From assembly GCA_002269645.1 (NCBI GenBank), contig NIVC01000237.1:248001-312000 (forward strand): a stretch of DNA of 64,000 nt, given 5' to 3'. Made by a program: the position numbers and the translations under genes. Of the stretch, positions 35,720-48,952 are shown piece by piece. The notes below the pieces were generated by a model. It was not told the DNA's origin. It was given only the letters and a program-made list of their open reading frames with translations, and did no database searches. The DNA is from Macrostomum lignano (taxonomy: Eukaryota). Numbering within the stretch: the stretch's first letter is position 1; every line of letters begins with the position of its first letter.

Positions 35720-36654
35720 CCCCCGACGTGACAGACAATTGTCAATCAAATCCATGACATAAAATATTCTTCCGACTGCAGTTCCCAATGCTCGGATGGA
35801 TTTAGATCGAATTCGCGCCAAAAAGCGCTATAGATAATGAAATGTAGAGCGATGAACGACTTTCGGCGCAAGTTTGAATTTAAAATATCTAGCTTTCCAA
35901 GAAATTAATCCTCTAAAATGTTCCTATTAATCATACTTAACTATTCATCGTTATTTAGAATTAGCACCATTCCTACTGTTTGATAAACTGCTGCGAACAC
36001 TGGATATCAGATGGTTCACGATGACCCAAAAAACTACTAATAGTAGCACACAGCCTCATTGCCGTGGCCACTCGTTTCCTTAAAAACTTTTCTCGCTTCA
36101 AGCATATTCCTTAATGACAACGCATCGAAGTTCAAGCATCATCGTCTATTTCCGTGCATGATTGACTACTATAGTTACTATATTTATTGTGATATGTAAT
36201 TTTTTGACAAAATGTTTAGCTATAATTCTTTCTAACACTGGAGCAATGCAATGCTGTTTCAAGATTATTCTACAGTCCACATCTGCAGCTCGCGCCCGCC
36301 ACTGAGCACGATGCACCACTGTACACACAGGCATCAATGTACACGCCCCAGCCCCGCTTACCCCAATGCAGATGCCTGCGCCATTCCCCAGTCGGATATG
36401 CACTCCATCCGAATATGAAAATAGCTTGAATTTTTTATCCTGAAGTACACCATGCACTTTTTACTCGTACTATTCGAGCTATTCAGCGTAATATTCTATT
36501 ATTGATGACCAAGGATAAAATTAAATAAAAACTTGACGCACGGGAGGGCGACAGTTGCCTGCCGCATGTACGGTTTAGTTTTAGGAATGAAAAGGTTTAA
36601 GATGGATTTAAGTTAGGCCTGGGCTATAGGGCTGAAGTTAAAGTTTATAGGCTT

Positions 36655-36840
36655 AGCGCTAGATTTTAGGTTAGGGTTGGTTTAGTGTTAGATTTTAGGT
36701 TAGGGTTAGGTTTAGTGTTAGATTTTAGGTTAGGGTTAGGTTTAGTGTTAGATTTTAGGTTAGGGTTAGGTTTAGTGTTAGATTTTAGGTTAGGGTTAGG
36801 TTTAGTGTTAGATTTTAGGTTATGGTTAGGTTTAGTGTTC
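36655..36840. repeat. 30-bp minisatellite containing TTAGGG (GTTAGATTTTAGGTTAGGGTTAGGTTTAGT)
   Basis: About 6 copies. Confidence 0.85.
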
Positions 36841-37319
36841 AGTCAGTTGTCGCGGACCCGTGACGGTGTTCAGAAATAAGCTACTTAAATTCAAGACAAG
36901 AGACAAGAGATAATTAATGTTCCAACGTAACACTTCTTGGCATTTAAAATTCTGAGATTTAATGAAGCATGGCTGACAACTATAAGTTTCTATTAGTGAA
37001 CCAGATTTCTCGTGAGTAATATGAATATAATAGCGAACAGGGGATGCGTTCAGACTTAAGATTAATAAATAATTTTTAAGATGCACGAGCAAAATGAAGG
37101 AATAAATAAACGGAGTCAGTTGAGTTCGTACAGCGAAAGTAAAAAATCAGTATTGACAACAGCAGGCAGTTGCCAGAAAAGCGCGCTTAAAGCTGAGTTA
37201 TCAAAATCTGCAACAAGAAGGAATCAGGCGTTTAAACATTTTCAATACTTGGGTAGTGAAAAATTAAATCTGCTGTTGATGCAGGGGGCTGGCAAACCAG
37301 TACGTTTAATGCAAGAGAT

Positions 37320-38100
37320 TGGCTGATGTACATTTCGGGGCAGAGGGTAGACCAGAGTGGCTGTGTGGCTGATGTACATTTCGGGGCAGAGGGTAGACCA
37401 GAGTGGCTGTGTGGCTGATGTACATTGGGGGTAGAGGGTGGACCAGAATGGCTGATGTACATTGGGGGCAGAGGGTAGACCAGAATGGCTGATGTACATT
37501 GGGGGCAGAGGGTAGACCAGAATGGCTGATGTACATTGGGGGCAGAGGGTAGACCAGAATGGCTGATGTACATTGGGGGCAGAGGGTAGACCAGTATGGC
37601 TGATGTACATTGGGGGCAGAGGGTAGACCAGAATGGCTGATGTACATTGGGGGCAGAGGGTAGACCAGAATGGCTGATGTACATTTCGGGGCAGAGGGTA
37701 GACCAGAATGGCTGATGTACATTGGGGGCAGAGGGTAGACCAGAATGGCTGATGTACATTTCGGGGCAGAGGGTAGACCAGAATGGCTGATGTACATTTC
37801 GGGGCAGAGGGTAGACCAGAATGGCTGATGTACATTGGGGGCAGAGGGTAGACCAGTATGGCTGATGTACATTGGGGGCAGAGGGTAGACCAGAATGGCT
37901 GATGTACATTGGGGGCAGAGGGTGGAACAGAATGGCTGATGTACATTGGGGGCAGAGGGTAGACCAGAATGGTTGATGTACATTGGGGGCAGAGGGTAGA
38001 CCAGAATGGCTGATGTACATTGGGGGCAGAGGGTAGACCAGAATAGCTGATGTACATTGGGGGCAGAGGGGACGAGTGACTTCAGTGTACATTGGGGGCA
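37320..38100. repeat. 37-bp minisatellite (TGGCTGATGTACATTGGGGGCAGAGGGTAGACCAGAA)
   Basis: About 20 copies between the convergent iGluR and FBXO38 3' ends. Confidence 0.9.
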
Positions 38101-38942
38101 GAGGATTTCACAGAAGATAGGCGTACCTTGGGCCACAGGACTAGACCAGAGAATAAATTTAAGCCAAAGTCAACTCAGTCAAATGTGTACTATTTAACAA
38201 TTGAGTCCAGATTGATGCCGAGGTTACCGCTACACAGTGAAAATACTAAGCTAACTCGTGTAAAGTCTAAAATGTTTAGCAACTTTTGCGCAGTAATACA
38301 GAGCATGTACAGAACGAGTTTAGCAGAAGGAACAGCATCAGATATAATAGGGATCCAACGAACCATCACAAATTAAACAAATACAGCATGTCAGGGGTAA
38401 CTTGGTTAATTCGACATATAATTAAAATCCAATATGCCGAATCATTACAACAGACAGTGTACGCAGAACCGTCAGTATTTTTAATTTTATCATAGCAAAA
38501 ATATCCGGAGATGACCAGAAAATTAGAAATAAAGCTTGAATATGAATACAACAAGAGCGGACAGATTAAGCACATTTATTTCTTTACAACATTTCATTTC
38601 AAGACAAAATGGCATTTGGAAGACTTGGACTTTAAATTGAAATCTTGCATTGTCTAATAGCAAACAATAACAATTAGGGAGTATCCTTCTTGTAGCTAAT
38701 GACGCAAAGGTGGATTGAAGTATCAAACAACAGGCAACAACACAGACACATAAATGATAATTACAGATTGCCAAACAGACAGTCAGTACACAACAAAGAG
38801 GACAAGGGAGGGAGGCAGAGCAGTCAGGTAAGCTCGTAAAGAAAGACAAAAAATGAAACCAACACAAAAATATATTCATACTGGACTGCACTACGAGCGG
38901 CCACTGTGCGTTGAATCTGCCCGATATTTTCGCATCTGACCC

Positions 38943-39320
38943 TCTGGGAGGCTGGCCCAGCAACTGAGGATCTGGGAGGCTGGCCCAGCAACTGAGGATC
39001 TGGGAGGCTGGCCCAGCAACTGAGGATCTGGGAGGCTGGCCCAGCAACTGAGGATCTGGGAGGCTGGCCCAGCAACTGAGGATCTGGGAGGCTGGCCCAG
39101 CAACTGAGGATCTGGGAGGCTGGCCCAGCAACTGAGGATCTGGGAGGCTGGCCCAGCAACTGAGGATCTGGGAGGCTGGCCCAGCAACTGAGGATCTGGG
39201 AGGCTGGCCCAGCAACTGAGGATCTGGGAGGCTGGCCCAGCAACTGAGGATCTGGGAGGCTGGCCCAGAACTGAGGATCTGGGAGGCTGGCCCAGCAACT
39301 GAAGATCTGGGAGGCTGGAG
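38943..39320. repeat. 28-bp minisatellite (GGAGGCTGGCCCAGCAACTGAGGATCTG)
   Basis: About 13 near-identical copies just past the FBXO38 stop. Confidence 0.9.
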
Positions 39321-39423
39321 AAGCAAGCTTATGATTTTAAACTGTATAAAACCACCTATTCCATTATAGAAAGGCATTAAAATGAATGAAATTTAACCTT
39401 TTTAAACAATATAAAGTGGTGTC

Positions 39424-42400
39424 TCAACACTTAGATGAGCCCCGCGCAGGCTTGCCAATATCCCGACACTGCACATGCAGAAAAAGCCCCCTGCACGCCA
39501 TCTTGTAGTAGGCGACAGAGTGCGACTCAACCAGGCTCTGGTAGAGCTGGTCGGCGTCCTCCGGCAGGCTGGGGAACGGGTTCACTCCGCACTCGCCAAT
39601 CCAGGGTATGTCGGTCAGCAGGTCCCAGGGATGGCCGTCGCTCGAATGGCCGGACTCGAACCGCAGCATCTGGCCGCGGCCGAACCGGTTGGCCCGGGTG
39701 GCCGGGTCGCCCGGACGCGACTCTTTGACATAATCACGTCTGATCAGATTTTCGGAGAAGTGCATGATGTCGCGAAAGATCTGATGGAAATGCGACTGCA
39801 ATCGGTCCAAGTTGCTGTCGCGCGCCTCGGGGCCCTGGAAGGGGGGAGGGGGCGGTGGATTATGCGTGATTTGAATCTATAGCGATCATTTCAGAATCTG
39901 AAGACTGAGAATTTGAGTGACAGCCTAGCAACTAAAGATCTGGGAGCGTTGTCGATGAAGCCTGAGGATCTGGGAGGCTTGGAACCCAGCCTGAGAATCT
40001 GGGAGGCTTGGCAACCCAGCCTGAGAATCTGGGAGGCTTGGCAACCCAGCCTGAGAATCTGGGAGGCTTGGCAACCCAGCCTGAGAATCTGGGAGGCTTG
40101 GCAACCCAGCCTGAGAATCTGGGAGGCTTGGCAACCCAGCCTGAGAATCTGGGAGGCTTGGCAACCCAGCCTGAGAATCTGGGAGGCTTGGCAACCCAGC
40201 CTGAGAATCTGGGAGGCTTGGCAACCCAGCCTGAGAATCTGGGAGGCTTGGCAACCCAGCCTGAGAATCTGGGAGGCTTGGCAACCCAGCCTGAGAATCT
40301 GGGAGGCTTGGCAACCCAGCCTGAGAATCTGGGAGGCTTGGCAACCCAGCCTGAGAATCTGGGAATTGTATGGGAATACAGCATTAGGATCTGGGAATAC
40401 AGCATGAGGATCTGGGAATACAGCATGAGGATCTGGGAATACAGCATTAGGATCTGGGAATACAGCATGAGGATCTGGGAATACAGCATGAGGATCTGGG
40501 AATTACAGCATTAGGATCTGGGAATACAGCATTAGGATCTGGGAATACAGCATGAGGATCTGGGAATACAGCATGAGGATATGGGAATACAACATGAGGA
40601 TATGGGAATACAGCATGAGGATATGGGAATACAGCATGAGGATATGGGAATACAACATGAGGATATGGGAATACAGCATGAGGATATGGGAATACAGCAT
40701 GAGGATATGGGAATACAGCATGAGAATCTGGGAATACAGCATGAGGATCTGGGAGGCTTGGCAATCCAGCCCGAGTATCTAAAATCAGAGATCTAATGGC
40801 TCAATGAGCAGCCACAACTCACCATGTAGTCGTGCGTGAGCAGCAGATGAGATCCGGGCAGACGCAGCAGAGCCCGCTCCGCCAACGGTTCGTAGCGGCC
40901 CATTGGTCGGTAGCAAACAGCCAGACTGTCGTCACCAGAGCCTTTAAAAAAAGCAATGTTAAAGTGCTTTAGTACATTTAAACTATTATAAGAGGTTTCT
41001 AAATTATAAAGAAGCAACCTCTAGACGACTCTAAAACAACCAGATGACGCTAAAGAGTCGCCCAAGAGTCAATTTGAGGCGTTTTGATTGTCTGCAACTC
41101 TGAAACGACTCTGGGGCCGTAAATTCGTATCTGAGGCGTGCTGGAATCGCTGAAAATCACTGATTATAACAACTTTAACAACTATATTTAGTCAACCTTA
41201 GTTTGTAGAGAGTTAAGCGCTAACACAGCGACTCTGACGACTTTTTCAGGACTTTTACGATCCAGAGTTCTTAGTGAGTTGTTTACATTGGCAACGACTC
41301 TGTAGCTATTCTTATCACGTTAACGTGTTTTCTTAACGCGCTCGGATTACCTTCCCGCGGTTCAATGCACCGGGTGGTCATCAGGTCTACTAGGTCCTGA
41401 TAGAACTGGGCATAGTCGAAGCTCGGACAGCCGACAATCCGGAGCCGGCGCAGGCCGCGGGCGGAACCGGCCGGCAGGCGGATCTCGGCCAGCCGCGGAC
41501 AGGACTCCAGCGTCAGGGTGCGCAGACGCGGAGACTCGGTGCAATCAATCAAGGTCAGGCCGCAGCGCTCAAGGTGAACCGCATGCAGCATGGCGGAGCG
41601 CAGAGCGAACGGCGACTGCGGAACCGGCTGGTACAGCCGCAGGTCGTGCGTGTCCAGACAGACGTCCCTGACGAACCAGCAGTCCCGCTGCGGCTCCGAG
41701 GGCAGCTCAAACTCCGGCTGGTCGTCGCTGATGTTGCCGCGGGAGCGCAGCCGGTAGTGAGAGCTGAATGAGGAGAAGTCGGACCAGACGGCATCGCCGC
41801 GACGCTGGTGCGCGGCGGCGTCGTGATGACTGGAGGCCGGCGAGTTGGGCGAATTGACCTGCAACGATGGGGAAGGCTGGCAGTCACGCTGTGGATTCAA
41901 CTGGCTGCTTGGCTGATAATCTCCAACTGCCTACCCAGGTAGCTACCGATTGCAGGTTGAGCACACAGGGGTGTCAATAAAAAGTAAATAATTAACTCCG
42001 AAACCGGTCCTCGGATATCGCAACTTTGAATCTTACTTTTTTAAACACGTATAAAAGCTGATATCGCGAAACCCACCGGACTAGCGGTCATCTCTATTTA
42101 TCTACTTATCTTCCGTAAAAGGTGCCCTATGCTTACCTACCTACAGAACTGTATATATTTGTATTATCCACTCTATCTTGCTACATATACATACCTACAT
42201 AAATATCCACGATCTTATCTAACTTGCTTACCTGGGCATCTATGATCTACCCCAGCACTTAAATACCCTATACCCTACCTGCCTTCTATCCCCTACCTAA
42301 CTACCTTCTATCCTCCTACCTACCTACCTTCTATCTCCCTACCAACCTACCTTCTATCCCCCTACCTAGCTACCTTCTATCTCCCTACCAACCTACCTTC

Positions 42401-45400
42401 TATCCCCCTACCTACCTACCTTCTACCCCTCTACCTACCTACCTTCTATCCCCTACCTACCTACTTTCTATTCCCCTACCTACCTACCTTCTATTCCCCT
42501 ACCTACCTACCTTCTACCCCTCTACCTACCTACTTTCTATTCCCCTACCTAGCTACCTTCTATTCCCCTACCTACCTACCTTCTATTCCCCTACCTACCT
42601 ACCTTCTACCCCTCTACCTACCTACTTTCTATTCCCCTACCTACCTACCTTCTATTCCCCTACCTACCTACCTTCTACCCCTCTACCTACCTACTTTCTA
42701 TTCCCCTACCTACCTACCTTCTATTCCCCTACCTACCTACCTTCTACCCCTCTACCTACCTACTTTCTATTCCCCTACCTACCTACCTTCTATTCCCCTA
42801 CCTACCTACCTTCTACCCCTCTACCTACCTACTTTCTATTCCCCTACCTACCTACCTTCTACCCCTCTACCTACCTACTTTCTATTCCCCTACCTACCTA
42901 CCTTCTACCCCTCTACCTACCTACTTTCTATTCCCCTACCTACCTACCTTCTACCCCTCTACCTACCTACTTTCTATTCCCCTACCTACCTACCTTCTAC
43001 CCCTCTACCTACCTACTTTCTATTCCCCTACCTACCTACCTTCTACCCTCTACCTACCTACTTTCTATTCCCCTACCTACCTACCTTCTACCCCTCTACC
43101 TACCTACTTTCTATTCCCCTACCTACCTACCTTCTACCCCTCTACCTACCTACTTTCTATTCCCCTACCTACCTACTTTCTATCCCCTACCTACCTACTT
43201 TCTATTCCCCTACCTACCTACCTTCTATTCCCCTACCTACCTACCTTCTACCCCTCTACCTACCTACTTTCTATTCCCCTACCTAGCTACCTTCTATTCC
43301 CCTACCTACCTACCTTCTATTCCCCTACCTACCTACCTTCTACCCCTCTACCTACCTACTTTCTATTCCCCTACCTACCTACCTTCTACCCCTCTACCTA
43401 CCTACTTTCTATTCCCCTACCTACCTACCTTCTACCCCTCTACCTACCTACTTTCTATTCCCCTACCTACCTACCTTCTACCCCTCTACCTACCTACTTT
43501 CTATTCCCCTACCTAGCTACCTTCTACCCCCTATCTGCCAACACAACTACGTGTCTATTTGCGTTATCAGTCTCATTAGTTCGCGCCATAGCTACCAACC
43601 GATACCTATAAAAAGGTCATTAAAACTGCGGCACTCACCGAAGTCTGCACGCCCCTACTATAGAACTGCGCCTCGCCAGCTCCTCCGTCAGCTGAAGCAT
43701 TAGACGAGGAGGCAGAAGCATTCGGCCCTACCGCCCCGGCGTCAGCTTGAGACTGGGACTCGTCAGCTCCGCAGCCGAACAGTCGATGCCGGATGCTGGG
43801 AAAAGCGGCGAGCATGCGGCCGGCCGGCGGGTTGGCAACAAACAGGCCCTGTTCGAATGGTGCAGCGCCGATGTTGCATCGCTATTATAAAAATGCTGCT
43901 ACGGTTAGACGCTGCTACGGCTTTTGAATTGCTACCGCTGAGAAATCATTCAATTGGATTTTTAAGTAGCTTCCAGGGGTCCCCTAGGTTCGATTCCACG
44001 AGTTCGGGATGACGCGCCGCAGACAATATTTTAGCGCCAATTTATTGCCACAGATTAGATTTTAGCGCCAATTTATTGCCACAGATTAGATTTTAGCGCC
44101 AATTTAGCGCCACAGACAATATTTTAGCGCCAATTTAGCGCTACAGATTAGATTTTAGCGCCAATTTAGTGCCACAGACTAGATTTTAGCGCCAATTTAG
44201 CGCCACAGATTAGATTTTAGCGCCAATTTAGCGCCACAGATTATATTTTAGCGCCAATTTATTGCCACAGATTAGATTTTAGCGCCAATTTAGCGCCACA
44301 GACAATATTTTAGCGCCAATTAAGCGCTACAGATTAGATTTTAGCGCCAATTTAGTGCCACAGACTAGATTTTAGCGCCACAGTGTTGTATTAAAACCAC
44401 AATCCCGCCGCATAAGAAATGCACTTGTGCAAACTAATGTCAATTAGGAAAAATAAGGTATCAAAGAAAAAAAATTGCCCTGGGACGTCAAAAGTAAACG
44501 GAAGGAGTAACGTTGACTTTATTTACATACTTTAAAGCCTCGTCATCTGATTAGTGGCAAAATAAGAGGGTTACAGCCCTCAATTTTAAAACAGCTCACC
44601 TGAACGGAGTCCCTAGTTACGCAACTATGCGGCATAATAGACCAGCGCTGACCGGCGGCAACACCCAAATAGTCGCAGCCGCGAGGCGCTGGCGCGAACA
44701 TGTCGCGCAGTACCAGCATCTCTATATTGGGCAGTTGGGCCATGAAATCGGTCAGGCGGCCGGCCACCATGCACTGGCAGGCTTCCAGGGTCAGGCAGCG
44801 GAGCGGCTCGAATAAGAGCAGCGGCTGGTCCAGCCAGCGGGTGGGGTCAGCCAGGAACGGAGCCCGGCAGACGGTCAGGTTGGTCAGGCGGTTGAAACAG
44901 CGGCCAACGTAGGTCATGCCGTAGTCGGTGAGCTGGCAGGGCGGATCAGTTGGCTCCACGGTGAATTGAGACCTGCGATTTGATAGCGTAGGCTTGTGCT
45001 TTAGACCGCATCACACTACTTAATAATGGATGGGCAGAATTGCCACAGCACTGGCTGTGGGACCATGTTGCCGAGTGACTAAGTAAGTGACTGAGTGACT
45101 AGAGTGAGTGACTGGAGTGAATAACTGGAGTGAGTGACTGGAGTGAATGACTGAGTGAGTGACTGGAGTGAATAACTGGAGTGAGTGACTGAGTGAGTGA
45201 CTGGAGTGAATAACTGGAGTGAGTGACTGAGTGAGTGACTGGAGTGAATGACTGAGTGAGTGACTGGAGTGAATAACTGGAGTGAGTGACTGAGTGAGTG
45301 ACTGGGTGAGTGACTGGAGTGAATAACTGGAGTGAGTGACTGAGTGAGTGACTGGAGTGAATAACTGGAGTGAGTGACTGAGTGAGTGACTGAGTGAGTG

Positions 45401-48301
45401 ACTGGAGTGAATAACTGGAGTGAGTGACTGAGTGAGTGACTGGAGTGAATAACTGGAGTGAGTGACTGAGTGAGTGACTGAGTGAGTGACTGGAGTGAAT
45501 AACTGGAGTGAGTGACTGAGTGAGTGACTGGAGTGAATGACTGAGTGAGTGACTGGAGTGAATAACTGGAGTGAGTGACTGGAGTGAATGACTGAGTGAG
45601 TGACTGGAGTGAATAACTGGAGTGAGTGACTGAGTGAGTGACTGGAGTGAATAACTGGAGTGAGTGACTGAGTGAGTGACTGGAGTGAGTGACTGGTGAG
45701 TGACTGACTGACTGGATTGAGCAACTGGAGTGACTGAGTGAGTGAGTGCCTGAAAGACAATAGCATTGGAGCAGTAGTTACCTATCCAGGTCAGGACAGG
45801 GATCCTTATAACCCAAGGTCAGCGTGTCCAGCTTAGGAAACTGAGCCTGGGCACAGGTGAGCGACACGAACAGCGAGTCTTTGCACAGGCTGCTCTGCAG
45901 AGAGGCGCAGCTGAGCCCGGCGGAGGAGGCCAGCAGCAGGCAGCCGGCGTCAATTTCGCTGGCAGACCTGTTGCTAGACAGCGACAGCTTCTGTAGAGCT
46001 CGGAACGCCCGAGAGTCGACGCCGATCTCGTCAACAATGTGCTCAATGAGGCCGGTGATGAAGCGCAGACCAGTGAGCTCCAGCCGGGCCAGCTGCGGCG
46101 CTTTGGCCAGGGCGGTGAACACGCGCAGATAGCGAAATGCGTTGCTGGGCCCGGCGCAGTTGTTCATCACGAAGGTCTGCAGCTTGGGCGCGCTGAAGTT
46201 CACGAACGGATCGTTGCTGGCAAAGCGGACCCACTTCAGGTAAAGGTAGCGGACGCAGTCCATCTTGGGCAGGGTGTTCAGACAGACTGTCTGCAAATCC
46301 ACCTGCGGAAATAAAAATAAAATATTTTGCAAGATTGGATGCCTGTTGCTGTGTCGGCACTACAGCTGGGTATTTTATACAAAATACCCAAGTAGTATCT
46401 TCTCTGCTAGCTTAGTGAGATTCGAGGCCCAGTGAGGCCCAGAAACTGAGGATCTGGTAGGCTCTGGCCTAGCAACTGAGGATCTGGTAGGCTCTGGCCT
46501 GTTATATATCGCGAAGCCGAGAGGGTTATATCTTCTATAGCGCGCGGTCTGATGAAAATAAAGCTCAGAGGGCGTGGCCGTCTCTCTAGGCCGTCAACGT
46601 GTATTTATACCATAGACAGTACTATTCATACGAGTATAGCCCAAGCTTCAGTGTCACAAATTAACATGCATATGCACACTCATACACAACATGGCCTAGC
46701 AACTGAGGATCTGGTAGGTTCTGGCCTAGCAACTGAGGATCTGGTAGGCTCTGGCCTAGCAACTGAGGATCTGGTAGGCTCTGGCCTAGCAACTGAGGAT
46801 CTGGTAGGCTCTGGCCTAGCAACTGGTGATCTGGTAGGCTCTGGCCTAGCAACTGAGGATCTGGTAGGCTGGACCAGCAACTGAGGCTCCTGGAGGCTGG
46901 ACCAGCAACTAAAGATCTGGTAGGCTGGACCAGCAACTGAGGCTCTGGGAGGCTGGCCCAGCAACTGAGGATCTGGGAGGCTGGCCCAGGGGAGGCTGGC
47001 ACAGCAACTGACACTTTGGGAGGGTGGCAGTGTCCCAGCGACTAAAGATCTGGGAGAGTCCCAGCGACTACCTAGTGTCCCAGATCTGGGAGGGTGGAGG
47101 TAGCGGCAGGACCGATCATTAATTCGATAAACCCAGAAGAGTCACACCACAAGATGGTCTGTAAATAAGAAACCAGACCAACCTTAGTGAGGCTGTTAAT
47201 CTGCGGGCTAAGCAGCAGTTTCGTGGCGCTGCTAGGCAACGGACTCGGGCCTTCGTAAGCCCGCTCGCAGTCCCAAATGTCCGGCCGATTGCGAAACATG
47301 CCGTGAAATTTCACGCGAGGAAAGGAAGCGATAAGACGCGACATCAAGTCGACGTCCATGATTTCGATTGATTTGAGCTTCTTGCACTGCTTCAGCGCTT
47401 GCAGGATGCCGCCGTAGGTTAGGAATCGGTTAGTTCGGCTAGCGCCTACGGAGGAAGAAGCAGAAGAGGCGGCTTGCGAATTGGCAGCAGCCGTCGCTCC
47501 CTGCTGCTGTGGCTGCTGAGGAGCTCGGTGCAAAATCCTACGAGGATAGAAGCCAAGAATGTGAGTGACCTCCGGGCACAGGGACAGCACAGAGGCCAGC
47601 GTCAGGTCGTCAAGAGATTCGGATAAGAAGGTGAACGGCAAGCCGCTGCAGAAGTTGATTCGCTTGGCCAATCGCAGGTGCTTTGTGACGGCGGCATGGA
47701 ATTGCCGATTGACCGAGGTGACCCGCATCAGCTCGACAATGGACAGGTACTGCAGGATGCGGCAGTACACCTCAGGTGGCAGGTGCTCAAATGATTTCGG
47801 CCGCAGTCGGAGCTCCTCAACCAGAGCCAGCGCGGCCGATTCGCGAATCCGCGACCGGGTGGTGACGCCGCCAGTAACGCCGGCATCGACAGACGACAAA
47901 GCGGCGGCCGACGCTGACGCTCCTCCGGCAATCGCTGGCGCCATGACGAAATCATCGACAGTGTTCAAACTGCCGCTGCTGCTGTTGGCCGCGTTGGGCA
48001 TCGCCTGGCCAGCAGTCCCGACATCTTCGCGGTCAGCAGTCCACGCTGTCTCGGTGGCGCCGATATTTACATCGTCGCGGTGCTGCTGAAGTCGAGTTCG
48101 CTTACTGCCGCCGCCGCCGCCTTTGAAGTTGGCTGCTGTTGAAGCGGTTGCTGACGCTGCAGCGGCGGCGTGTGCCGGGTTGGCCGCGGCCGGCTCTGCC
48201 TCGTCCGAGCTAGAGTGCCGGCAGCAGCGCTTCCTGCCGCGACTGCCAGTTGAAGAAGAAGCCCGAGCGCCGATGGAGTGCCGACGTTCGCTGTGATCAG
48301 C
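39424..48301 (-). CDS. FBXO38: F-box only protein 38 (F-box + LRR), 7 exons, ~1097 codons, start codon not resolved
   Basis: Exons 48301-47183, 46302-45782, 44972-44600, 43881-43639, 41858-41351, 40941-40823, 39834-39424 join in frame. F-box HLPPEVYCRILQYL; HGMFRNRP, RYLYLKWVRF, FVMNNCAGPSNAFRY and LRDMFAPAPRGC correspond to my recollection of vertebrate FBXO38 (RHLYMKWVRL, FVMRNCAGPTNSLKY, MFREPPKGC). Confidence 0.9.
39955..40770. repeat. Compound minisatellite: 30-bp GGAGGCTTGGCAACCCAGCCTGAGAATCTG then 21-bp GGAATACAGCATGAGGAT[C/A]TG, last FBXO38 intron
   Basis: Two adjacent related arrays. Confidence 0.9.
41085..41327. repeat. Dispersed intronic repeat, copy 2 (related to 12770-13119)
   Basis: Same three blocks in the same orientation; lacks ~110 nt present in copy 1. 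Confidence 0.75.
42270..43530. repeat. C/T-rich (CTAC)n-based minisatellite, 25-26 bp alternating units, FBXO38 intron
   Basis: Tandem array visible directly. Confidence 0.9.
44020..44385. repeat. ~34-bp minisatellite (GCCACAGATTAGATTTTAGCGCCAATTTA..), FBXO38 intron
   Basis: About 10 copies. Confidence 0.85.
45085..45750. repeat. (GAGT)-based 12/16-bp compound minisatellite, FBXO38 intron
   Basis: Units GAGTGAGTGACT and GGAGTGAATAACT. Confidence 0.9.
46440..47095. repeat. 30/28-bp minisatellite (GTAGGCTCTGGCCTAGCAACTGAGGATCTG) split by a solo LTR
   Basis: Array on both sides of the 46500-46691 insertion. Confidence 0.85.
46500..46691. mobile_element. Probable solo LTR, 192 bp
   Basis: Termini TGTT...AACA, 5-bp TSD TGGCC (46495-46499 and 46692-46696); interrupts a minisatellite unit cleanly. 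Confidence 0.75.
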
Positions 48302-48952
48302 CTGAAGAGATTCAAGCGGCCATTGCAATTCAGGTGTTCAGTATATTTTGACCTTAGCCATAAAATGGAAGACCTCAGGCTAAAGCAGGTGTTTTCTACT
48401 GTAGGCAAAAATGGCGTCCTTCTAAATCACAATATTTATGGTTAGTTGTAACCATAAGAACAGTTTTTGCATACATTTTCATAGCTACTACAGATAGCTA
48501 TTTTACCATAAGTTGTAGTCATAATTACAGCAAAACAAAAAATTCTTCCTTGTACAATAACAAATTTTGCTACAATATTACTAAACAGTTGTTTTACCAT
48601 ATCATTGATATAAATTAAAAATAGAATACTAATGTAGTGAGTCGCTATTTAGTTAGGCGCCGCACTAGTCAGCTGTTTCCCTCGCCCTCGCCCCAGGCTT
48701 CTGTCTGCCGCTGGGCAGTTGCCTGTCCCTTCCCGCCTGTCCTCTGGCCTGTCCCTTGCCCGTTTGTCCTCGTTTGCCTCTTTTTTGTCTCGTGTTCTCG
48801 TTTTGCAGTGCCCAGACAGCTTGGTCTGGCCTGCCTCTGTTTCGTTCTCTGTTTGGCATCTCCAAATTTGGAGTGCCGTTCTGTTTTCCGGTCCCAAGGT
48901 CACGAGTGCCTTCACTTGTGGGCCTTTTTACCTCTTGTCATGTGAGCCAGTC

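Noticed and set aside
36146-36457. 103-aa minus-strand ORF with a GTAAGC donor-like site
   Set aside because: No homologous motif or partner exons recognised; lies in the 3' flank of the iGluR gene.
43930-44010. GGTTCGATTCC B-box suggesting a tRNA or SINE
   Set aside because: No convincing A box, cloverleaf or TSD found.
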